Shown piece after piece: positions 36,010 to 49,577 of a stretch of DNA of 64,000 bases (the stretch's first letter is position 1; every line of letters begins with the position of its first letter). Origin of the DNA: Squalus acanthias (lineage: Eukaryota); NCBI GenBank assembly GCA_030390025.1, contig JASTWF010000034.1, forward strand, positions 1,116,001-1,180,000, read 5' to 3'. The translations under genes were made by a program, and so were the position numbers. Under the pieces are notes generated by a model. It saw only the letters and a list, made by a program, of their open reading frames with translations, was not told where the DNA came from and made no database searches.

Positions 36010-38058
36010 GGAGCTTAACTCGGAGATAAACCTTGCCCTTCACCTGGGAGTGTTTGGCACTTACATGTAGATGGATCTTTAATCACCCCATGGTGTACCT
36101 GAGCTGGTTGTGCTTCATTGGGCTGTATGCTACATTGAACACGTGATCTATCAGAGCTGGTTGTGCTTGATGAACCAAATTAGAGCAAGATTTATTCTGT
36201 ATCTAAACCGTGCTGTACCTGCCCTGGGAGTGTTTCATGGGACAGTTTAGAGGGAACTTAACTCTGAATCTAACCCGTACTGTACCTGCACTGGGAGTGT
36301 TTGATGGGACAGTGTAGAGGGAGCTTTACTCTGTATCTAACCCGTACAGTACCTGCCCTGGGAGTGTTTCATGGGACAGTGCAGCGGGAGCTTTACGCTG
36401 TATCTAACCCATGCTGAACCTACCCTGGGAGTTTTTTATGGGACAGTGTAGAGGGAGCTTTACTCTGCATCTAACCCGTGCTGTACCTGCCCTGGGAGTG
36501 TTTGATGGGACAGTGTAGAGGGAGCTTTACTCTGTATCTAACCCGTACAGTACCTGCCCTGGGAGTGTTTCATGGGACAGTGCAGCGGGAGCTTTACGCT
36601 GTATCTAACCCATGCTGAACCTACCCTGGGAGTTTTTTATGGGACAGTGTAGAGGGAGCTTTACTCTGCATCTAACCCGTGCTGTACCTGCCCTGGGAGT
36701 GTTTGATGGGACTGTGTAGAGGGAGATTTACTCTGTATCTAACCCGTTCTGTACATGCCATGGGAGTGTTTGGTGGGACAGTGTCGAGGGAGCTTTACTC
36801 TGTATCTAACCCGTGCCGTACAAGCCCAGGGAGTGTTTGCTGGGGCAGGATAGAAGGAGCTTTACTCTGTATCTAACCCGTACTGTACCTGCCCTGGGAG
36901 TGTTTGATGGGGCACTATAGAGGGAGCTTTACTCTGTATCTAACCCGTACTGTACCTGCCCTGGAAGTGTTTGATGGGACAGTGTGGAGGGAGCTTTACT
37001 CTGTATCTAACCCGTACTGTACCTGCCCTGGGAGTGTTTGATGGGACAGTGTAGAGGGAGCTTTACTCTGTATCTAACCCTTGCTGCACCTGCCCTGTGA
37101 GTGTTTGATGGGTCAGTAAAATGCAAGATTTCCACTGCATCTACCCCGTGCTGTACCTGCCCTGGGAGTGTTTCATGGGACAGTTTAGAGGGAGCTTTAC
37201 TCTGTATCTAACCCATGCTGTACTTGCCCTGGGAGTGTTAGATGGGACAGTGTCGAGGGAGCTTTACTCTGTATCTAACCCGTGCTGTACTTGCCCTGGC
37301 AGTGTTTGATGGGACAGGGTAGAGGGAGCTTTACTCTGTATCTAACCCGTGCTGTACCTGCCCTGCGAGTGTTTGATGGGACAGTGTAGGGGGAGCTTTA
37401 CTCTGTATCTAACCCTTGCTGCACCTGCCCTGTGAGTGTTTGATGGGTCAGTAAAATGCAAGATTTCCACTGCATCTACCCCGTGCTGTACCTGCCCTGG
37501 GAGTGTTTCATGGGACAGTTTAGAGGGAGCTTTACTCTGTATCTAACCCATGCTGTACTTGCCCTGGGAGTGTTAGATGGGACAGTGTCGAGGGAGCTTT
37601 ACTCTGTATCTAACCCGTGCTGTACTTGCCCTGGCAGTGTTTGATGGGACAGGGTAGAGGGAGCTTTACTCTGTATCTAACCCGTGCTGTACCTGCCCTG
37701 CGAGTGTTTGATGGGACAGTGTAGGGGGAGCTTTACTCTGTATCTAACACGTGCTGTACTTGCCCTGGGAGTGTTTGATGGGACAGTGTAGAGGGAGCTT
37801 TACTCTGTATCTAACCCGTGGTGTACCTACCCTGGGAGTGTTTGATGGGACAGTGTAGAGGGAACTTTACTCTGTATCTAACCCGTGCTGTACCTGCCCT
37901 GCGAGTGTTTGATGGGACAGTGTAGAGCGAGCTTTACTCTATATCTAACCCGTGCTGTACCTGACATGTGAGTGTTTGATGGGACAGATTAGAGGGAGCT
38001 TTACTCTGTATCTAACCCGTGCTGTACTTGCCCTGGGTGTGTTTGATGTGAAAGTGTA
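36010..38058 (+). repeat. 67-bp minisatellite (about 28 well-conserved copies plus a degenerate 5' edge)
   Basis: Unit ctgtatctaacccgtgctgtacctgccctgggagtgtttgatgggacagtgtagagggagctttact. Confidence 0.92.
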
Positions 38059-38204
38059 ATTGCAGTTCCTCTCACTTTATACTCCTCTTCTGTACCTCAA
38101 TTTATTCCCTGGCCAATTTGCAACGATAACCAATACACAGAGCAATAAAGATGCAGTTAATTCTTAAATTGGGTTGGATAACCAACACATAAGATAATAA
38201 AGAT

Positions 38205-38278
38205 TGACCTGAAACGTTAACTCTGTTTCTCACTCCACGGATGCTGCCTGGCCTGCTGAGTTTTTCCAGCGTTTTCTG
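38205..38278 (+). mobile_element. 74-bp Penelope-like fragment with a 10-bp target-site duplication
   Basis: taataaagat at 38195-38204 and 38279-38288; the insert matches the reverse complement of about 26837-26909. Confidence 0.7.
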
Positions 38279-38469
38279 TAATAAAGATGCAGTTAATTGT
38301 TAATTTGGACATGGTAACCAATGCACAGCGGATGGGCAGAAATTTCCTGCAACTATATATTGAGAAAACTGATTCCATTCTCTTCGGTTCCCGCCACTAA
38401 CTCCATTCCCTAATCAGCGACTCCATTCCTGTCCTTGGCGATTGTCTGAGGCTCAACCAGACTGTTTCT

Positions 38470-41400
38470 CGGAACATAGGAGCAAGGGTAGGAGGGCTTG
38501 GATGATCTGCGAACTAACTCCAAATACAGAGCTTTGCCCTACATTCTGGAATACCTTTGGTTTACAACACTCCATCAATCTCAGATTGAAAATTAACAAT
38601 TGATCCCGCACTAATTGCCGTTTGCGGAAGAGAGTTCCAAACTTCTAGCACCCTTTTTACGTAGAAGTGTTTCCTCATTTCACTCCTGAAAGGGCAGGCT
38701 CTAATTTTTAACTTTGGGCCCTATTCTTAGACTCCCCAACCAGCGGAAATAGGTTCTCTCTCTCAACCTCTCACTTCCCCCGAATATCTTGAAACATTGA
38801 TCAAATTAGCCCTGAATGCTTTAAATTCCAGAGAATGCAGCCCTAGTTTGTGTAATCTCCTCTCGTGATTTAATCCTTGGTGTCCAGGTGCTATTCTGTT
38901 AAACCTCCAAGGCAAATATATCCTTCCTAAAGTGTGCTGCCCAGACCTGTTCACAATGCACCAGGTACGGTCTAACCAGGGCTTTGTATAGCAGCAGCAT
39001 AACTTCTGACCGCTTGACTTCCAATCCTTTAGATATAACTGCCAACATTCCATTAGACTTTTTGATTATTTTTTGTCACAGGCCAAAACATTTTATTGAT
39101 CTGTGTACATGGACCCACAAGTCTCTTTGGACCTCCACTGTTTTAGATTTAAATCATTTAGAAAGTAACCGGTTCTATCATAGTAAGCTCCAAAGTAGAT
39201 GGAGCCCCAATTACTGAACCCTTAGGTACTCTACTGTATACCTCCCCCCAGACAGCAGTACTGAACCCTGGGGAACTCTACTGTATACCTCCCTCCAGCC
39301 CCCAGTACTGAACCCTGGGGAACAGCATTGTATACCTCCCTCCAGACCCCAGTACTGAACCCTGGGGAACAGCATTGTATACCTCTCTCCAGACACCAGT
39401 ACGGAACCCTGGGTAACTGAATTGTTTACCTCTCCCCAGGCACCAGTACTGAAACCTGGGGAAATTCACTGTATACCTCCCACCAGCCATAAGTAGTGTA
39501 CCCTGGGGAACTCCACTGTATATCTCCATCCAGCCCCTGCTACTGAGCCGTGGGGAACTCCACTGTCCACCTCCCACCAGCCCCCAGTACTGAACCCCAG
39601 GGAACTCCACTGTATACCCTCTCCAGACCCCAGTACTGAACCCTGGGGAACTCCACTGTATACCTCCCTCCAGACCCCAGCACTGAACCCTGGTGAATTA
39701 CACTGTATACCTCCCTCCAGACCCCAGTACTGAACCCCGGGGGACGACACTGTATCCCACCCTCCAGCCCCCAGTACTGAAACCTGGGGAACACCACAGT
39801 TTACCTCCCTCGTGTCCACAATGCTGAACGCTGGGTAACAGCAGAGCCTACATCCCTCCATCCCACAGTACTGAACCCTGGAGAACTCCACTGTATACCT
39901 CCCTCCATCCCACAGTACTGAACACTGGGGAACTCTACTATATACCTCCCTCCAGCCCGCAGTACTGAACCATGGGGAACTCCACGGTATAACTCCCCCC
40001 GACACCAGTATGTTAACTGGGGAACTCCACTGTATATCACCCTCCAACCCCCAGTACAGAATTCTGGGGTACAGCACTGTATAGCTCACTCCGGCCCCAA
40101 GTACGGCACACTGGGTAACTCCAAAATTTATCTCTCCCCAGACATCAGGACTGAAACCTGGGGTAATTCACTGTATACCTCCCACCAGCCATAAGTCGTG
40201 AATCCTGGGGAACTCCACTGTATAGCCCGCTCCAGCCCATGCTACTGAGCCCTGGGGAACTCCACTGTGTACCTCCCTCCAGTCACCAGTAATGATCCCT
40301 GGGGAGCTACACTGCATACCTCCCTCCAGACACCAGTACTGAACCCGGTGGAACTCCACTATATAGCTCCCTCGAGCCCACAGTAATGAACTCTGGGGAC
40401 CAGCACTGTATACCTTCCTGCCACCCCCAGAACTAAACCCTGGGGAACTCCACTGGAAATCTCCCACCACCACCTGCTACTGAACCCTGGGGGACTCCAC
40501 TGTATACCTCCCTCCAGACCCCAGTACTGAACCCTGGGCAACTCCACTGTATAGCTACCTCCAGCACCTGCTACTGTACCCTGGGGAACTCCACTGTATA
40601 CCTCCCTCCAGACACCAGTACTGAACACTGGGGAAATCTACTTTATACGTTCCTCCAGCCCACCGTACTGGACCCTGGGGATCTCCACTGTATAGCTCCC
40701 TCCAGCACCTGCTACTGTACCCTGGGGAACTCCACTGTATACCTCCCTCCAGACCCCAGTACTGAACACTGGGGAAATCTACTTTATACATTCCTCCAGC
40801 CCACAGTACTGGACCCTGGGGAACTCCACTGTATAGCTCCCTCCAGTCCCCAGTACTGAACCCTGGGGAACACCTCTGAATACCTCCCTCCAGCCTATGC
40901 TACTGAACACTGTGGAACTCTACTGTATACCTCCACCCGACACCAGTACTGATACCTGGGGATCTCCACTGTGTACCTCCCTCCAGACCCCCAGTAAAGA
41001 AGCCTGGGGAACTCTAATGTATACCTCCCTCCAGCCCCCATTACTGAACACTGAAGAACTCCACTGTATACCTCCCTGCAGATCCCAGTACTGAACACTG
41101 TGGAACTCCACTATATACCTCACGCCAGAGAAGAGCACTGAACCGTGAGCAGCTTCACTGTATACCTCCCTCCAGACCCCAGTATTAAACCCTGTGGAAC
41201 TACACTGTATACCTCCCTCCAGCCCCCAGGACTGAACCCTGGGGAACTCCACTGTATACCTCCCTCCAGATCCCAGTACTGAACACTGGGGAACTCCACT
41301 GTATACCTCACTCCAGACCCCAGTACTGAACCCTGGGGAACTCCACTGTATACCTCCCTCCAGACCCCAGTACTGAACACTGGGGAACTCCACTGTATAC

Positions 41401-44400
41401 CTCACTCCAGACCCCAGTACTGAACACTGGGGAACTCCACTGTATACCTCACTCCAGAGAAGAGCACTGAACACTGGGGAACTCCACTGTATACCTCCCT
41501 CCAGACACCAGTACTGAACCCTGGGGAACTCCACTGTATACCTCCCTCCAGACATCAGTACTGAGCCCTGGGGAACTCCACTGTATACCTCCCTCCAGAT
41601 CCCAGTACTGAACACTGGGGAACTCCACTGTATCCCTCACTCTAGAGAAGAGCACTGAACACTGGGGAACTCCACTGTATACCTCCCTCCAGCCCCCAGT
41701 ACTAAACCCTGTGGAACTACACTGTATACCTCCCTCCAGCCCCCAGGAGTGAACCCTGGGGACCTCCACTGTATACCTCCCTCCAGATCCCAGAACTGAA
41801 CACTGGGGAACCCCACTGTATACCTCACTCCAGACCCCAGTACTGAACCCTGGGGAACTCCACTGTATACCTCCCTCCAGACCCCAGTACTGAACACTGG
41901 GGAACTCCACTGTATATCTCACTCCAGACCCCAGTACTGAACACTGGGGAACTCCACTGTATACCTCACTCCAGAGAAGAGCACGGAACACTGGGGAACT
42001 CCACTGTATACCTCCCTCCAGACACCAGTACTGAACCCTGGGGAACTCCACTGTATACCTCCCTCCAGACACCAGTACTGAGCCCTGGGGAACTCCACTG
42101 TATACCTCCCTCCAGATCCCAGTACTGAACACTGGGGAACTCCACTGTATCCCTCACTCTAGAGAAGAGCACGGAACACTGGGGAACTCCACTGTATACC
42201 TCCCTCCAGACACCAGTACTGAACCCTGGGGAACTCCACTGTATACCTCCCTCCAGACACCAGTACTGAACACTGGGGAACTCCACTGTATACCTCCCCC
42301 CAGCCCCCAGTACTGAAGCTGGGGAAATCCACTGTATACCTCACTCCAGAGAAGAGCACTGAACCGTGCGGAGCTTCAATGTATACCTCCCTCCAGCCCC
42401 CAGGACTGAACCCTAGGGACCTCCACTGTATACCTCCTCCAATCCCCAGTACTGAACCCTGGGGAACTCCACTGTATACCTTCCCCCCACCCACAGAAGA
42501 AAACCCTGGGTTAACTCGACTTTATACTTCCCCCCAGACACCAGTACTGAACCCTGGGGAACTCCACTGTATACCTCCCTCCAGACTGCAGTACTGGACC
42601 CCGGGGAACTTCACTGTTTTCCTCCCTCCAGACACAAGTATTGGACCCTGCGGAACTCCAATGTATACATCCCCCCAGACACCAGTACTGAACCCTGGGG
42701 AACTCCACTGTATACCTCCTTCCAGACCCCAGTACTGAACCCTGGGGAACTCCACTGAATACCTCCCACCAGCCCCCAGTACAGAACCCTGGGGAACTCC
42801 ACTGGTTACCTCCCTCCAGACCCCAGCACTGAACCCTGGGGAACTCCAATGTATACATCCCTCCATCACCCAGTAATGAAATCTGGGGAACACCACAGTT
42901 TACCTCCCTCGAGTCCTCAAGGCTGAACACTGGGTAACAGCAGTGCCTACCTCCCTCCAGCCCGCTGTACTGAACCCTGTTGAACTCTACTGTATACCTC
43001 CCACCAGCCCGCAGTACTGAACCCTGGGGAACTCCACTGCATACCTCCCCCCAGACACCAGCACTGAACGCTGGGGAACTCCACTGTATTCCTCCCTCCA
43101 GACCCCAGTACTGAACCCTGGGAATACTCCTGTATACCTCCCCCCAGACCCAATAATGAACCCTAGGGAATACTCCTGTCTACCACCCTCGAGACCCAAG
43201 TACTGAACTCTGGGGAACTCCACTGAATACCTACCTTCAGCCCCCAGTACTGAACCCTGGGGAACTCAACTATAAAGCTCCCTTCAGCCGCCAGTACTGA
43301 ACACTGGGGAACTCCACTGTACACCTGCCTCCAGACCGCAGTACTGAAACCTGGAAAACTCAACTGTATACCTCCCTCCAGATCCCAGAACCGAACCCTG
43401 GGGAACTCCACTGTTTCCCTCCCTCCAGATCTCAGTACTGAACCCTGGGGAACTCGATTGTATACCTCCCCACAGAAAACAGAACTGAACCCTGGGGATC
43501 TCTACAGTATACCTCCCCCCGACACGAGTACTGATACCTGTGGAACTCCACTATATAGCTCCCTCCAGCCCCCAGTACATGAACACTGGGGAACTACAAT
43601 GTATACCTCCCTCCAGCCTCTGCTTCTGAGCCCTGGGGAACTCCACTGTATACCTCCCTCCAGCCCCCAGGACAGAACCCTGGGGAACTCCACTGTATAC
43701 CTCCCTCCAACCCACAGGAATGAACCCTGGAGAGCTCCACTGTATACCTCTATCCAGACCCCAGTACTGAACCCTGGGGAACTCTACTGTATAACTTCCT
43801 CCAGACCCCAGTATGGAACCATGGGGAACTCCACTGTATACCTCTCTCCAGACCCCAATAATTAAACCTGGGGAACTCCACTATATAGCTCCGTCCAGCC
43901 CGAAGTACTGAACCCTGGGGAACTTCACAGTATACCTCCCGTAGACACCAGCACTGAAACCTGGGGAACTCCACAGTATACCTCCCCGTAGACACCAGCA
44001 CTGAAACCTGGGGAACTCCACAGTATACCTCCCTCCAGACCCCAGTACTGAACCCTGGGGAACTCCACTGTATACCTCCCCGCAGACACCAGTACTGAAC
44101 CCTGGGAAACGACACTGTATACCTGCCCCCAGACCCCAGTACTGAACCGTCGGTAACACCAGTGTATATCTCCCTCCATACCCCAGTACTGAACCCTGGG
44201 GAACTCCACTATATACCTCGCTCCATACCCCAGTACTGAACCCTAGAGAACTCCACTGTACACCTCCCTCCAGCCCCTAGTACTGATCCCTGAGGAACTC
44301 CAGTGTATGCCTCCCACCAGACAGCAGTACTGGACCCTGGGGAACTCCACTGTATACCTCCCTGCAGCCCCCAGTACTGAACCCGGGGGAATTCCACTGT

Positions 44401-45235
44401 ATACCTCCACCGAGACCCCACTACTGGACCCTGGGGAACTCCACTGTATGCCTCCCTCCAGCCCCGGATTCTGAAACCTGCGGAACTCCACTGTATACCT
44501 CCCTTCTGACCCTGCTACTGAACCCTGGTGAACTCCACTGTATACCTCCCTCCAGACCCCAGTACCGTTCCTGGGGAACTCCACTGTATACCTCCCTCCA
44601 GACCCCAGTACTGGACCCTGGGGAACTCTACTGTATACCTCCCTCCAGACCCCAGTACTGAACCCTGGGGAACTCCACTGTATACCTCCCTCCAGACCCC
44701 AGTACTGGACCCTGGGGAACTCTACTGTATACCTCCCTCCAGACCCCAGTACTGAACCCTGGGGAACTCCAGTGTATACCTCCCTCCAGACCCCAGTACC
44801 GTTCCTGGGGAACTCCACTGTATACCTCCCTCCAGACCCCAGTACTGGACCCTGGGGAACTCTACTGTATACCTCCCTCCAGACCCCAGTACTGAACCCT
44901 GGGGAACTCTACTATTTACCTCCCTCCAGCCCCCAGTACTGAACCCTGGTGAACTCCATTATTTACCTCCCTCCAGCCCGAAGACAGCCATTCAACACAA
45001 TTCTGTGTTTTCTGTCCCTGATCCAATTTGTATCCATGCTGCCTCTGCCTCTTTTATCCCACGGGTTTCAATTTGCTAACAAGCCTAATATGTGCAACTT
45101 TATCAAACGCCTTTTGAACGTCTGGATACAGAACATCAACTACGCAGCCCTCATCAACCCTGTTACCTCATCAAACCTCTCAATCAGTTTAGTCAAACAC
45201 GATTTGCCTTCAACAAATCTGGGCTGGCTCTCCCT
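38470..45235 (-). mobile_element. Degraded CR1 hosting the 47-bp satellite
   Basis: RT sequence preceding GVPQG at about 44980-45235; C-terminus and 3' UTR at about 38470-39200. Confidence 0.75.
39210..44978 (-). repeat. 47-bp satellite (about 120 copies) derived from CR1 RT coding sequence
   Basis: Plus-strand unit ccccagtactgaaccctggggaactccactgtatacctccctccaga; the minus strand encodes [15 protein letters not shown]. Confidence 0.93.
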
Positions 45236-45374
45236 GATAACAAATACACAGTGGAATAAAGATCCAGTGAATTGGAAAATTGGGCTTGATCAGCAAGACA
45301 CAGGGCAATAAATTTATCATTAATTGTTAACTTGAACATGACAACCAGCACAGAGGGGAATAGAGCGAGAGATT

Positions 45375-46397
45375 TCTCATCTACTCGTTGCCCCTTGGTG
45401 ACATCATCAAAAAACACAGTGTCAGTTTCCACATGTACGCTGACGACACCCAGCTCTAACTCACTACCTCTTCTCTCGACCCCTTCACAGTGTCTAAATT
45501 GACAGACTGCTTGTCCGAGATACAGTTCTGAATGAGCTAAAAGTTTCTCCAATTATATATTGGGAAGACCGAAGCCATTGTTTTCGGTCCCCGCCACCAA
45601 CACCGTTCCCCAGCCACAGACTCCATCCCTCTCCCTAACATCTGTCTGAGGCTGAACCACACTGTTCACAACATTGGTTTAATATTTGACCCTGAAATGA
45701 GCTTCCGACCACATACGCGCAGCATAACAAAGGCCGCCTACTTCCACCTCCGTAACATCGCCCGTCTCTGCCCTTGCCTCATCTCATCCGCTGCTGAAAC
45801 CCTCATCCATGCCTTTGTTACTTCTAGACTTGATTATTCCAACGCACTCCTGGCTGGCCTCCCACATTCCACCCTATGTAAACTCGAGGTCATCCAAAAC
45901 TCGGCTGCCCGTGTCCTAACTCGCACCAAGTGCCGTTCACCCATCAACCCTGTGCTCGCTGACCTACACTGGCTCCCGGTTAAGCAGCACCTCGATTTCA
46001 AAATTCTCATCCTTGTTTTCAAATCCCTCCATGGCCTCGCCCCTTCCTATCTCTAATCTCCTACAGCCCCACAACCCCCCGAGATATCTGCGCTCCTGTA
46101 ATTCTGTCCTCTTGAGCATCCCTGATTATAATCGCTCAACATTTGGTGGCCGTGCCTTCTGCTGCCTGGGCACTAAGCTCTGGTATTCCCAACCTAAACC
46201 TCTCCGCCTCGCTACCTCTCTTTCCTCCTTGAAGACGCTCCTTAAAAACTACCTCTTTGACCAAGTTTTTTTGTCACCTGCCCTAATTTATCCTTATATG
46301 GAACGGTGCCAATTTTGTGTCTTAAACTCCTGAGCAGCGCCTTGGGACGTTTTACTACGTTAAAGGCGCTATATAAATACACGTTGTTGTTGTTGTT
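45375..46397 (+). mobile_element. L2-clade LINE 3' kilobase
   Basis: [37 protein letters not shown]; tail aaaggcgctatataaat...(gtt)n. Confidence 0.85.
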
Positions 46398-46409
46398 GAG
46401 GTGGTTTTA

Positions 46410-47515
46410 AAATGGAAGTGGTAACCAATACACCGAGGAACAAAGGCACTGTTGATTGATAAATTGGACATGAAAACTAATAAAAAGATTGCAGCGCAGG
46501 ACCTACTCCTGATCTTATTTATTATTTTATTTAGAACGTTGCAATTATTTGTACAAATTGACATATTAAGCATAGGGGGGAAACAAGAGCTACAGTTATT
46601 TAAATTTGACTTGAAAAGTAATACACTAGTGCATAAAGTTAGTTAATGGTTAAATTGGGTATGATAACCAATGCACAGGGTGAAACTGTCAGTTAATTGT
46701 TAAATTGGGTATGATAACCAATACACAGGATAAAACTGTCAGTTAATTGTTAAATTGGGTATGATAACCAATACACAGGGTACAACTGTCACAGTTAATT
46801 GTTAAATTGGGTATGATAACCAATACACAGGATAAAACTGTCAGTTAATTGTTAAATTGTGTATGATAACCAATACACAGGGTAAAACTGTCAGTTAATT
46901 GTTCAATTGGGTATGATAACCAATACACAGGATAAAACTGCCAGTTAATTGTAAAATTGGGTATGATAACCAATACACGGGGTAAAACTGTCAGGTAATG
47001 GTTAAATTGGGTATGATAACCAATACACAGGGTGAAACTGTCAGTTAATTGTTAAATTGGGTATGATAACTAATACACAGGGTGAAACTGTCAGTTTATT
47101 CTAAAAATTGGGTATGATAACCAATACACAGGGTAAAACTGTCACAGTTAATTGTTAAATTGGGTATGATAACCAATGCACAGAGTAAAACTGTCACAGT
47201 TGATTGTTTAATTGGGTATGATAACCAATACACAGGGTAAAACTGTTGGTTATCATACCCAATTTAACAATTAACTGTGACAGTTTTACCCTGTGTATTG
47301 GTTATCATACCCAACTTAATAATTTATTGTGACAGTTTTACCCTGTGTATTGGTTATCATACCCAATTTAACAATTAACTAATACACAGGGTAAAACTCT
47401 CAGTTAATTGTTAAATTGGGTATGATAACCAATACACAGGGTAAAACTGTCACAGTTAATTGTTAAATTGGGTATGATAGCCAATAAACAATGGCGTAAA
47501 TTTAATTGTTTATTC
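46410..47515 (+). repeat. 50/52-bp AT-rich minisatellite with an internal inversion
   Basis: Unit cagttaattgttaaattgggtatgataaccaatacacagggtaaaactgt; 47246-47380 is in reverse orientation. Confidence 0.9.
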
Positions 47516-47534
47516 TTAAATTGGAAATAAGCAA

Positions 47535-47800
47535 AACACAACAGCAACTTATATTTATAAAGCGCCTTTAACGTAGTAAAACGTCCCAAGGCGCTTCACA
47601 GGAGAGCTATCAAACAACATTTGACATCGAGCCACAGAAGGAGATATTTGGGCAGATAACCAAAAGCTTGGTCAAAGAGGTGATTTTTAAGGAGCGTCTT
47701 GATGGAGGAGCGAGAGGCAGAGAGGTTTACGGACAGAATTCCAGAGCTTCGGGCCCAGGCAGCTGAAGGCATGGCCACCAATGGGGGAGTGATTAAAATC
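47535..47800 (-). mobile_element. L2-clade LINE 3' end
   Basis: Reverse complement of about 46130-46395. Confidence 0.75.
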
Positions 47801-48067
47801 AGGGATACATTGAGAGGGACATTGAGAGCGACATTGACTGAAACATGGAGTGAGACATTGGGAGGGTCATTGAGCGGGCCATAGAGAGGGCCATAGAGAG
47901 AGTCAGACAGACACAAAGAGAGAAATAGAAACAATGAGAGTGGGCAGATCGAGAGATAGAAATAGAAAGACAGAAAGTCAGGGGGAGAGCCACTGAAAGC
48001 CAGAGAGAGACAGACAGGCTGAGAGAGGCAGAGGGAAGAGAAAGACAGGGATAGATATTGAGAGTTA

Positions 48068-49535
48068 GAAAATAGGAACATATGTAATAGGAGCAGGAGC
48101 AGGCCATTGGGCCCATCGATCCTGCTCCGCTATTCAATAAGGTCATGGCTGATCTTCTACCTCAGCTCCACTTTCCTGAACTATCCCCATACCCCTTGAT
48201 TCCCTTAATATTCAAAAATCTTTCAATCTCTGTATTGAATATACTCAACGACTGAGCATCCACAGCCCTCTGGGGTAGAGAATTGCAAAGATTCCCCACC
48301 CTCCGAGTGAAGAATTTTCTCCTCATCTCGGACCTAACTGGCCGACGTCTTTTGCTGAGACTGTGACCCCTTGTTCTAGACTCCCGAGCCAGGGGAAACA
48401 TCCTCCCTGCATCTACCCTGTTAAGCCCTCTAAGAATTTTATATATTTCCATGAGATTACCTCTCATTCTTCTAAATTCTAGAGAACATAGGCCTAGTCT
48501 ACTCAATCTGTTCTCATAGGACAATCCCCCCATCCCAGGAACCAGTCTGGTGAACCTTCGTTGCACTCCCTCTTTGGCAATTATATCCTTCCTTCGGTCA
48601 GGAGACAAACATTGTACACAGTACTCCTGGTGTGGTCTCACCAGGGCCTTATATAATTGCAGTAAGACGTCTTTACTCTTATGCTCCAATCCTCTTCTAA
48701 TAAAGACCAACATACCATTTGCTTTCCGAATTATTTGCTGTACCTGCATGTTACCTTTCAGTGATTCATGTACAAGGACACCCAGGTCCCTCTGAACACC
48801 AACATTTCCCAATCTCTTAACATTTAAAAAATACCTTGCTTTACTATTTTTCCTAACTGCACATTTCTCCACATTATATTCCATTTGCCATGTTCTTGCC
48901 CACTCACTTAGCCTGTCTATAACCTCTTGAAGCCTCCTTACATCCTCCTCACAACTTACATTCCCACCCAGCTTTGTATCATCAGCAAACTTGGATATAT
49001 TGCATTTGGTCCCCTCATCCAAATCATTGATATATCTCGTAAATAGCTGTGGCCCAAACACTGATTCTTGCAGTACCCCACTAGTTACAGCCTGCCAAAC
49101 CGAAAATGACTCGTTTATTGCTATTCTCTGTTTTCTGTCCGTTAACCAATCCTCAACCCATGCTAGAATATTACCCCCAATCCCATTTTGTTTAATAACC
49201 TCTTGTGCGGCACCTTATCGAATGACTTCTGAAAATCCAAATCCACCACATCTACTGTCTCCCCCTTATCTGTTCTGCTAGTTACAACCTCAAAAATCTC
49301 TAACAAATTTGTCAAACACGATTTCCCTTTCATAAATCCGTGCTGACTTAGCTCAATCTTATTATAATTTTCTAAGTGCCCTGTTACTACGTCGTTAATA
49401 TATTTTAGCATTTTCCCTACTACTGATGTCAGGAAAACTGGTCTGTAGTTCCCCGTTTTCTCTCTCCCTCCTTTCTTAAATATTGGGGTTACATTTGCTA
49501 CATTCCAATCCGCGGCAAACGTTCTAAAATCGATG
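48068..49535 (-). mobile_element. CR1 3' 1.5 kb
   Basis: ORFs 48162..49061 and 49163..49411 carry RT motifs. Confidence 0.9.
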
Positions 49536-49577
49536 CAATTTATGGAATTTCATCTGTCATCTATTTTGTTCTTTTTT

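Noticed and set aside
36010..38058. CRISPR-like periodicity of 67 bp
   Set aside because: The whole unit is repeated, with no variable spacer.
39211..44818. Many ORFs with repeated GVPQGSVL
   Set aside because: The 47-bp unit is not a multiple of 3; these are translations of a satellite, not a repeat protein.
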